Source: a virus (Duplodnaviria > Heunggongvirae > Uroviricota > Caudoviricetes). Taken from it: a DNA stretch of 53,762 nt. Shown piece by piece: positions 47,263 to 53,762 of this stretch. Within the stretch, counting starts at the first letter, position 1; each line of letters begins with the position of its first letter. The position numbers were made by a program, and so were the translations under genes. The stretch spans positions 1-53,762 of IMG/VR virus record IMGVR_UViG_3300027710_000010; one strand, given 5' to 3'. The notes below the pieces were generated by a model that was not told the DNA's origin, did no database searches, and saw nothing but the letters and a program-made list of their open reading frames with translations.

Positions 47263-47815
47263 TCTGTTCCTCTAACCATTCCTGAGCAGTTTCTTTAGTG
47301 AGCCGCCCTGCTTTAACTTCATCAACAGCATTTTGCAATGCCCGCTCAACTAGCTCGTTGAATGTAATATCCATACTATGCGCTAGTTTCATGTATTGTA
47401 ACATGTCTTCGTCGGACATGTCAACTGAAATCTGCACACGGGGATCATAAGATTCTTGTAATACTATAGCGTTAGCTTTTTCCAAAATATCTGCAGGCTC
47501 TTCCAAATCAATAAAGTCCATAGTATCGCAAGCAGTCTTAAACTCTACGTCATGCTTTTTACATGCCTTCTTGAATGCTTTGATGTAGTCAGGATGGATC
47601 CAGCGATAGCAACGGTCGTTTGAATAATCCCATGCTTCAACACTGTAGACAGTTTGATCTTCACTGTCAAAAATTGCGTTTACACTGAACTGATTTAGTA
47701 CAGGGCTATCGCAGTCCATGTAGCGAGCAGATTGACCAAAACAATCCCATTGATATTCGGTGCCACCAGTGACACGATAATTTACAGCTTCCAGATAATC
47801 TTTTAGTGAGATCAT
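47252..47815 (-). CDS. Hypothetical protein, possible C-terminal ribbon-helix-helix
   Basis: C-terminal ISVDMSDEDMLQYMKLAHSMDITFNELVERAL. Confidence 0.7.
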   Translation of the reverse strand: MISLKDYLEAVNYRVTGGTEYQWDCFGQSARYMDCDSPVLNQFSVNAIFDSEDQTVYSVEAWDYSNDRCYRWIHPDYIKAFKKACKKHDVEFKTACDTMDFIDLEEPADILEKANAIVLQESYDPRVQISVDMSDEDMLQYMKLAHSMDITFNELVERALQNAVDEVKAGRLTKETAQEWLEEQNED

Positions 47816-48075
47816 TGCAGTTTCCTTTTAAAGTCTTCAGTTAGGTCATCACTAATATCTAGTGCCCCCCGCAAAATTTGTTCTTGCACATCTTCTGGCA
47901 ATTCTTCAAAATCTTCTTCGCTCATGGGACGACTCATCGCTTCAATTTCTTCTGGAGTTGAGTTCGCAAACATATTTTGGATCTCTGCCAAAAGTTCATC
48001 AAGTTCTTCTTGAGTGCCTTCAAATTGATTAAATGCCCCAGGGGCAAATTCAACTTTAAGTTTTTTATCGGTCAT
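47812..48075 (-). CDS. Acidic hypothetical protein
   Basis: 87 aa, ATGA overlaps on both sides. Confidence 0.75.
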   Translation of the reverse strand: MTDKKLKVEFAPGAFNQFEGTQEELDELLAEIQNMFANSTPEEIEAMSRPMSEEDFEELPEDVQEQILRGALDISDDLTEDFKRKLQ

Positions 48076-48509
48076 AGTTCTAATCCATCTTTCTTTGCTT
48101 GTTCTTCAATACGAGCTTGTCGCTCTGCTTCGTGCAAATCGCACAACGTTCTAACCCAGCCACCACCTCTACGCTTGCCAATGCCACCACACTCTTCGCA
48201 GGCAACATCTGCCCATGCTTCTGCCATACGCACCATGCCAGCAACATTGTCATCACCACCTTGGTAATAAAAACGTAGGCCGCCAAACTTTTCTTTAATC
48301 TGTTCTACAACAACTTGAGGAACAACTTGGCTTTCTCTATTCTTCCATTCAAGGTGTTGCTGAATGTTAGAACTCAATCTTTCAATAATTGGATACCAAC
48401 CTTTGCCCACAGCAAAGCCGCCATACTTGCCAACATACATTTTAGGATAAGATTTCTCCATCCGTTGGGAAAACTTCTCATAGTCTATAAATTCTTGATC
48501 TTCGTTCAT
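48072..48509 (-). CDS. Hypothetical protein with C-terminal zinc ribbon
   Basis: QIKEKFGGLRFY; CEECG...CDLH. Confidence 0.75.
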   Translation of the reverse strand: MNEDQEFIDYEKFSQRMEKSYPKMYVGKYGGFAVGKGWYPIIERLSSNIQQHLEWKNRESQVVPQVVVEQIKEKFGGLRFYYQGGDDNVAGMVRMAEAWADVACEECGGIGKRRGGGWVRTLCDLHEAERQARIEEQAKKDGLEL

Positions 48510-49201
48510 TGTGCCGCCTTTACATAATGTAATCGTGTTTCACATTTTTTCAAACTCCAATGCGTACTGTGCTCTTTAACTTTTGCTTTTACAATCACGG
48601 CAGGACCTAAGTTCAAATTATTCCTACTAAACCAAGAGGCTAGCCTATTGTTTATTATAGCACTAACGTTGAATCCTTCATAACTTTTTGAGCGATTTAT
48701 CAAAATAATTTCTGCATCTAAATCAAAGATTGTTTCACCCAGATTACCCAAATATGCTTCCTCAAGTTCGTTGGCTTTTTTATCAAGTTGATTCTTTGCA
48801 TAGTCACGTTTATAAACTGACGGCAGACATGCAATAAATCCAAATTTATTTGTTGGGATTGTTTCGGAATTCAGTAACGAATTAACTTCAGTTTGAAATT
48901 CATTATCGCCTGCAATGGCCGCAAAAACTAACCTGCGATAATATTTTTTGATTTCGTTTGCAAGCTCATGATCTTCCATAGTTACATTGAGTACAGTGGG
49001 AACCATTTTTGGATCCGTATCTTTATTCAATTTAACTTCGCCTAGAGTGTGGAGCATACAAACTTTATTTGATTGCTTGTAATACATCAGCACATTGTCA
49101 TCCGCATAGACAGGCTGGATCTCTTTTACATATTCTTTATTGATGCGCTGTGCCGCACATGCCAACTCTAATACGGTTTGCATGGAGTACTCTTGTTTCA
49201 T
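48506..49201 (-). CDS. Hypothetical protein, possible C-terminal OB fold
   Basis: 231 aa, GGAG RBS, sigma70 promoter upstream. Confidence 0.75.
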   Translation of the reverse strand: MKQEYSMQTVLELACAAQRINKEYVKEIQPVYADDNVLMYYKQSNKVCMLHTLGEVKLNKDTDPKMVPTVLNVTMEDHELANEIKKYYRRLVFAAIAGDNEFQTEVNSLLNSETIPTNKFGFIACLPSVYKRDYAKNQLDKKANELEEAYLGNLGETIFDLDAEIILINRSKSYEGFNVSAIINNRLASWFSRNNLNLGPAVIVKAKVKEHSTHWSLKKCETRLHYVKAAQ

Positions 49202-49233
49202 TACACGCTCCGAAACACAAATTTAATAATTGT

Positions 49234-49262
49234 ATTTTACAGGAAAATGTAGTCTGTGTCAA
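49234..49262 (-). promoter_or_regulatory. sigma70-type promoter TTGACA-N17-TAAAAT
   Basis: Near-consensus; overlaps the 3' end of the upstream gene. Confidence 0.7.
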
Positions 49263-49944
49263 CCTTCATCAAGCGTACATAGATCTTTTTGGCTAACCGT
49301 TGCATTAATTCATGTTTGGTACTGCCAAAATGGCTAACATATGAGTTCAAACTTGGACTGACAAAATGGTTTTGAATTTTGAATCTACTCAAACTGCTTA
49401 GTCTTCCCATATAATGTAACGCACGATATTTGCCCAAATTACGACACAGTTCTATGGCAATTGATATAGCATAGGCATCGACTTCGTCTGGGTCAGCTAG
49501 ATATCTATGATAGGGTTCTTGTTCGTGTTCCGAGTAAACAATGTAGCGTCGGCTTCTACTTTGTCTTTGATGACGTAGCTCATGCACCACTGCATCAAAT
49601 AATTGTATTAACAGGTCAGTGACGTGCTTACGATCCCACAACAGCTTATCATCAAAATTATGAAATATTAAAACTTCTATGGGAGTTTCGTTTGTGCGGT
49701 CGTCTTCTGCATCGTAATAAGCATTGACGTAGAATTCTTCTGTGGTTAAGAATTTTTGACGTTTTGATTTGATTGTTAAATCAAAATCTTTGTTTTTAAA
49801 TATGCGTCTAGTTTTTGACAGCAATGTTTTGAAAGTTATAGGATAGTCACAGGTTTTTCTTACTGCGTTACATACTGAGTTAACTTGCTCTAGTATGCTA
49901 TTCATATTATAACCTATAAGTAATTCTGCCTTTGGATAAATCAT
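49237..49944 (-). CDS. Zincin-like HExxH protein, probable paralog of 43430..44149
   Basis: VVHELRHQRQ followed by YLADPDEVDAYA; start may be ATG 49905. Confidence 0.55.
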   Translation of the reverse strand: MIYPKAELLIGYNMNSILEQVNSVCNAVRKTCDYPITFKTLLSKTRRIFKNKDFDLTIKSKRQKFLTTEEFYVNAYYDAEDDRTNETPIEVLIFHNFDDKLLWDRKHVTDLLIQLFDAVVHELRHQRQSRSRRYIVYSEHEQEPYHRYLADPDEVDAYAISIAIELCRNLGKYRALHYMGRLSSLSRFKIQNHFVSPSLNSYVSHFGSTKHELMQRLAKKIYVRLMKVDTDYIFL

Positions 49945-50122
49945 ATGCGCTGGTCTCGATGCGTACTTTATCGCCTAAGATTATTTTAATCTTATTTTGC
50001 TTTAATCTTCCACCCAAGTAGCATAACATAATATGATCCGCTGTATCTACTTTTACTCTAAATGTGTTGTTGGGTAATACTTCCGAAACAACACCGGTCA
50101 GTTCAATTAATTCTTTGTTCAT
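49907..50122 (-). CDS. infA: Translation initiation factor IF-1
   Basis: IELTGVVSEVLPNNTFRV...GRLKQNKIKIILGDKV...YDLSKGRITYR. Confidence 0.93.
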   Translation of the reverse strand: MNKELIELTGVVSEVLPNNTFRVKVDTADHIMLCYLGGRLKQNKIKIILGDKVRIETSAYDLSKGRITYRL

Positions 50123-50292
50123 GCTTTTGACAGTATCATTGCACCATCTTGTACTTTGATATTAATTGTGTCGCCTTCTTTCCAGCCCTGTTGTTCGCAG
50201 ATCACTGGCGGTATTTTGAACATGACATTATCTGGATCTCCAGGAATCTCTTCAAAAAGTTCTTCTACTAAAAATGTTAATTTTTCCATCAT
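50119..50292 (-). CDS. AbrB/MazE-type swapped-hairpin DNA-binding protein (57 aa), not in ORF track
   Basis: FKIPPVICEQQGWKEGDTINIKVQDGAMILSK matches the AbrB/MazE pattern IP...LGxxxGDxLxIxxxxGxIxL; ATGA overlap with infA. Confidence 0.75.
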   Translation of the reverse strand: MMEKLTFLVEELFEEIPGDPDNVMFKIPPVICEQQGWKEGDTINIKVQDGAMILSKA

Positions 50293-50293
50293 G

Positions 50294-50301
50294 TATTTAC
50301 T
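50294..50301 (-). promoter_or_regulatory. T4-late-like promoter AGTAAATA, 1 nt before the ATG
   Basis: TAAATA-C-ATG-ATG. Confidence 0.5.
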
Positions 50302-50856
50302 TTATAGTTCTTCATCATTGTAAGGAACAGGCCTCCATCCTAACCGATTTAAATCTAATTCAATTTCTTCGGTTACTACACCTTCAGGTACGTAGCCATT
50401 TGCTCTGCGGTGATCTAAGCCGTAACCAGTTTCTTCGTTGCCAATGCCACTACAGTACCAATCAATGTAGTCGCCTTCTTCCTTCATGTCGGCAACTATA
50501 CCGCCAGCATGACGCCATGAGCAACCCCAAGTTTTACCCTTTAGTTCTTGCCAAAATTCTCTACTTTGCCAATCCATGTTGCACATTGCGGCATACAAGT
50601 TTTGGGCATAACTATCCGACTCTTTAACTTTATCGCATAGTTCTTTACTGCTACGCAAATCGTATTCCATGTTGTTCTTTTGCCAAGCAGGATCGTGGAT
50701 CTTGTTAGCTTCGTCGATCTTAATTTGATCCCACATATCAATGTATGATTGGTTAGGTTCTTCACCTTTTTCCTCTGCCCGTTTAATTGCACCTTCCTTT
50801 TGAAAGGTATGACGTTCGGGACTTGATGCTACTTTTTTATTCATTTTTTCCTGCAT
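50302..50856 (-). CDS. Hypothetical protein
   Basis: 184 aa; YAQNLYAAMCN and SWRHAGGIVAD segments. Confidence 0.75.
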   Translation of the reverse strand: MQEKMNKKVASSPERHTFQKEGAIKRAEEKGEEPNQSYIDMWDQIKIDEANKIHDPAWQKNNMEYDLRSSKELCDKVKESDSYAQNLYAAMCNMDWQSREFWQELKGKTWGCSWRHAGGIVADMKEEGDYIDWYCSGIGNEETGYGLDHRRANGYVPEGVVTEEIELDLNRLGWRPVPYNDEEL

Positions 50857-51178
50857 GCCAGTCGCCCTGGAAACAATGCATCATCTCATGTCCTACAGTT
50901 CGCATGTCTACTTTTTTAGGAACTATAACAACGCACTTGTTGTCCCAAAAGAATGTACATGCCAAAACACCGTAGCCGTAACCGTTGTTGCCAAATTTTC
51001 GACTCATCGTATCACACGTTTTTTGTATGTCTTTTTGATCTACGTATTTTAATTCAATAGTAGTTTTGTTGGTAATGTTCTTACTCATGTCAAAGGTGCG
51101 TCCACCGCTGTTATCAAAGCTCCATTGTGCTTGTGCGACAATTGGCAACATCAATAGTACTGCAAGTGCCTTTTTCAT
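50837..51178 (-). CDS. Secreted small protein with HExxH motif
   Basis: Signal peptide ending AQA; four Cys; GHEMMHC. Confidence 0.7.
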   Translation of the reverse strand: MKKALAVLLMLPIVAQAQWSFDNSGGRTFDMSKNITNKTTIELKYVDQKDIQKTCDTMSRKFGNNGYGYGVLACTFFWDNKCVVIVPKKVDMRTVGHEMMHCFQGDWHAGKNE

Positions 51179-51204
51179 AACTACCTTTCTGTATCTGTGT
51201 TAAA

Positions 51205-51302
51205 TGGTGTAGTCGGCAGGATTCGAACCTGCAAAGCATGACAATGTCACAAGCCCGTCCCTCCCCGAAGGGAGGAGGTATACCAGTTCCACTCACGACT
51301 AC
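51205..51302 (-). ncRNA. Class II (Leu-like) tRNA-like RNA with encoded CCA but a UUCG tetraloop in place of the anticodon loop
   Basis: GUAGUCG/CGACUAC acceptor stem, A73-CCA, GGAACUGGUA D-loop, GCAGG-UUCGAAU-CCUGC T-arm, CCUCCC-UUCG-GGGAGG arm, ~26-nt variable arm. Confidence 0.75.
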
Positions 51303-51308
51303 AATGTA

Positions 51309-51337
51309 ATTATACAGTCTATCACAATGTTTGTCAA
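51309..51337 (-). promoter_or_regulatory. sigma70-type promoter TTGACA-N17-TATAAT for the tRNA-like RNA
   Basis: Perfect consensus; predicted +1 falls at about the first base of the acceptor stem. Confidence 0.8.
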
Positions 51338-51366
51338 AAAAAATGGTGACCGAAGTCACCATTTTT
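51336..51366 (-). terminator. Intrinsic terminator ending the RNA-repair operon
   Basis: Minus strand AAAAAUGGUGAC-UUCG-GUCACCAUUUUUUUU. Confidence 0.9.
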
Positions 51367-51823
51367 AAGTGTACCAAATTTCGGTAAACCCTTCGTCCAA
51401 AGTTGGTTCATCAAAACCATCAATCATGCTACGCATAACATGGTTTGGAATGTTCTTCCCTGGACGACTTGCCAAACGCTTTTCCAATTCTTCAGAATCT
51501 GGAGTACGGAAGACAACCGCGATGTGCTCGTAATCGGGCAAGGTATTAAACTTACGCTTACGGCTGTTCTGTGTAGTCGAAGTTTGATCCCAAATAACAT
51601 CCAACCCGTTTGCTTGACAAACCAACGCTTGGTTAGCCATCAATCGAACAGCGATTGGCATATATTCGTCGAACACTTCGGAGTAAGTCTTACCTTGTTC
51701 CTTAGCGTATGCTTCAACAAAATTGTCAGTGGACACTACAGGAATATCCACGGCCCAGTCTTGATTCTTAATCCAAGTACTCTTGCCAGAACCTGGCACT
51801 CCAATTAATTGATAACATTTCAT
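51365..51823 (-). CDS. P-loop kinase, polynucleotide-kinase-like (AAA_33)
   Basis: GVPGSGKST, STD, IWDQT and R-x-x-x-R lid. Confidence 0.8.
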   Translation of the reverse strand: MKCYQLIGVPGSGKSTWIKNQDWAVDIPVVSTDNFVEAYAKEQGKTYSEVFDEYMPIAVRLMANQALVCQANGLDVIWDQTSTTQNSRKRKFNTLPDYEHIAVVFRTPDSEELEKRLASRPGKNIPNHVMRSMIDGFDEPTLDEGFTEIWYT

Positions 51824-52053
51824 GATTGAAAGTTGTCCCTTCCTTTTGTATCTTTACCGATATCAGCTATGGTTGCCCGTAGCATTTGAATTTCTTGTGC
51901 GGCTTCTTCTAGTAAGTTAGCAATCTTGTCAGGCTTGCCTTCTACGACTGCTAGTCTACCAGGAATCTGCCTACGTATCTCTGCCCGCTTGTACAACCGG
52001 AACACTAGGCTCTGTTGTGCTACGGGTAAATGACTTTCATCTTCGCATCTCAT
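51820..52053 (-). CDS. Hypothetical protein
   Basis: 77 aa, coupled within the operon. Confidence 0.7.
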   Translation of the reverse strand: MRCEDESHLPVAQQSLVFRLYKRAEIRRQIPGRLAVVEGKPDKIANLLEEAAQEIQMLRATIADIGKDTKGRDNFQS

Positions 52054-52054
52054 T

Positions 52055-52462
52055 TTATTCCTCCCAAGGCAAAGGTGCGGGCCAAATCACATTAAATGGT
52101 TTGCCTTGCCTCTTTGCATAATCATGTGTATACCAAGTACCGCCTTTAGGTTGCCATTCCATTTGTTTGGGCACAACCAGCAAAACTTCGCACTCGTCTA
52201 CAATAGCTCTATCACGTTCTAAGTAACCTGCCGGAGCATGTACAACATCTCCACCAAAGTGTCCTTGCTCCTCATCTGACTTTGGAGGATAGCAAACGAT
52301 CTTGTAACCTAACTCACGAGCAATAGCGGCTGCTTCTACATCTACCCCTCGACAGTCACCGTGATGGAACTCTGTACCAGGCAGTTGAGCAAGTACCTTA
52401 CGCACTTCCTTTGCCTGCCATTCCGTCATACCTTCACGGGTTCCTGTAATACCTATCTTCAT
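52055..52462 (-). CDS. SLOG/DprA-like Rossmannoid protein
   Basis: KIGITGTR, HHGDCRGVD, RDRAIVD, GGTWYT motifs. Confidence 0.7.
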   Translation of the reverse strand: MKIGITGTREGMTEWQAKEVRKVLAQLPGTEFHHGDCRGVDVEAAAIARELGYKIVCYPPKSDEEQGHFGGDVVHAPAGYLERDRAIVDECEVLLVVPKQMEWQPKGGTWYTHDYAKRQGKPFNVIWPAPLPWEE

Positions 52463-53340
52463 GCTAGTTGCTCACGTACCCACTCTAAACGAGCTTGCTC
52501 GTCTAATGCAGTGTACTCGACAATGTTAGCACGGATAGCATCCACTAGTGGATAGTATTCTTCGTCCAGTTGGTGCTTGATGTCCTTGTTCATGTCCACT
52601 AACTTATCTGTACGTGGATTGCGAGCAACCCACTTTGAAGTCAAGTAGTATGGCGACTTGATCTTAGCACTCACACCTTCATCAGTATAAAATACATAAC
52701 CTTCGTGCTTACATTCCTTAGCCAACACTTGTAATTGAGCCATGTTAGTCAGTATGCTTTCTGGTACAAAGCATCCAAGCGAGCGGCCCATTTCCATCAA
52801 CATGAACGGGTCATGTTCAACAGGAGTACCCCACTTGTTTTCACGATAACCCAGTATATACATACCTTCCTTTTCAGGAATAATGTGTGGGTCGTTCTTG
52901 TGAACGCACTCAAACATAAATGTATATCCTTCCCAACGTGAGCACAAGTCCAGGTACTTTGCTTCGTCGATTAGTTCCTTAGCCATTGTAACATAGTCGC
53001 TGTCTGTGCTACCAGTAGTAGACACTAACAGTTTTCCCTTATACAATGTCATAGCAACCATGAAACCATTTACCTTACGGTGAGCAGTTACCTTAGTATC
53101 TTTAGTCAGCACTGGTGCTTCCTTTTCGATACCATAGTTGTAGATCTTTGTGAATGGATAAGCAACCAAGTTGAAATCCTTGTCCACAATAGACCCACGA
53201 CATTCAGCAATGTACTCGTTCCACAGGTTGTCGTAGAACACTTTCTTCTTGTACTTTAGTACGTAGATACCTTCGCCACATTCTTTCATGTTAACTAGAT
53301 TGCTAGTGCTTACATACTCTTTCAACTTGTCCTTAAACAT
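52459..53340 (-). CDS. rnlA: RNA ligase 1 (T4 RnlA-like)
   Basis: ECRG, PFTKIYN, KVNG (motif I), FE, EGYV, KIKS. Confidence 0.85.
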   Translation of the reverse strand: MFKDKLKEYVSTSNLVNMKECGEGIYVLKYKKKVFYDNLWNEYIAECRGSIVDKDFNLVAYPFTKIYNYGIEKEAPVLTKDTKVTAHRKVNGFMVAMTLYKGKLLVSTTGSTDSDYVTMAKELIDEAKYLDLCSRWEGYTFMFECVHKNDPHIIPEKEGMYILGYRENKWGTPVEHDPFMLMEMGRSLGCFVPESILTNMAQLQVLAKECKHEGYVFYTDEGVSAKIKSPYYLTSKWVARNPRTDKLVDMNKDIKHQLDEEYYPLVDAIRANIVEYTALDEQARLEWVREQLA

Positions 53341-53761
53341 GATGACCTTTAATTTCGTTATCTTTAATCATGCGGATTGCACGTTCCATGGAGATTACAA
53401 TTTCACCAGTTGAGTCCATACCCACGTCTAACGCACGATACTTCTCCAACCCACTCACACCTCCGTGCAAGTGTCCGTGAAAGTGCAAAGCACCTCTGTG
53501 CATTTGATCCCACTCAGCAATTGGATAATGGAACATAACGCACTTGTGTCCGTCATATGTAATATCCAAGTACTTGTGGATTTCTTTAAATGCACTACGG
53601 AATGTTTCATCCATCAATGTCTTACGGTCATGGTTTCCCTCGACCAAAATCTTTACTCCATTCAAACGCATCATCATACGTCCAGCATCACTACCAGACA
53701 TAAATGCTACGTCACCCAAAATGTATACCAAGTCATCTTGTTCTACTCGGGCATTCCATTC
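53333..53761 (-). CDS. Calcineurin-like phosphoesterase, 5' partial (frame open to the window edge)
   Basis: EWNARV..DDLVYILGD, GNHD, HYP, HGHLH. Confidence 0.88.
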   Translation of the reverse strand, partial: EWNARVEQDDLVYILGDVAFMSGSDAGRMMMRLNGVKILVEGNHDRKTLMDETFRSAFKEIHKYLDITYDGHKCVMFHYPIAEWDQMHRGALHFHGHLHGGVSGLEKYRALDVGMDSTGEIVISMERAIRMIKDNEIKGHHV

Positions 53762-53762
53762 C

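Noticed and set aside
51205-51302. Ordinary tRNA-Arg(UCG) call
   Set aside because: Requires a C-A mismatch and U-G pair where a perfect tetraloop hairpin is available; the long variable arm and Leu-type D-loop do not fit tRNA-Arg. Kept only as a caveat.
1-53762. Stop-codon recoding (seen in some jumbo phages)
   Set aside because: Known proteins (ClpA, ligase, PhoH, UvsE, ClpP) are full length in the standard code and genes pack tightly with TAA/TGA stops.
1-53762. Introns, inteins, homing endonucleases, transposases or integrases
   Set aside because: No interrupted conserved genes and no such motifs recognised.

Overview
A densely coding, AT-rich fragment of a large T4-like/jumbo myophage genome; most genes are on the minus strand. 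Spanins and a GH19 lysin imply a Gram-negative host (inference). Contents: a late operon of three different nucleotidyltransferase folds (left edge); ClpA and DnaJ; a lysis cassette with an embedded Rz/Rz1 pair; PhoH, dCMP deaminase, 7Fe ferredoxin, clamp loader, GroES and a DnaE fragment; baseplate/fibre genes including a ~2700-aa fibre; IscA/ErpA, UvsE, glycosyltransferase-like genes and QueD; YccA, MazG-like, DNA ligase, ClpP, IF-1; and an RNA-repair cluster at the right edge. Two promoter classes are visible: sigma70-type TTGACA/T-N16/17-TATAAT and T4-late-like xxTAAATA. The best leads are non-coding: a preQ1-I-like pseudoknot with a start-codon-sequestering stem ahead of queD, a CCA-ended class II tRNA-like RNA whose anticodon loop is a UUCG tetraloop, a two-state phoH leader, promoter-split RBS hairpins, and leaderless genes. 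All family calls come from motif recognition by eye; no searches were run.
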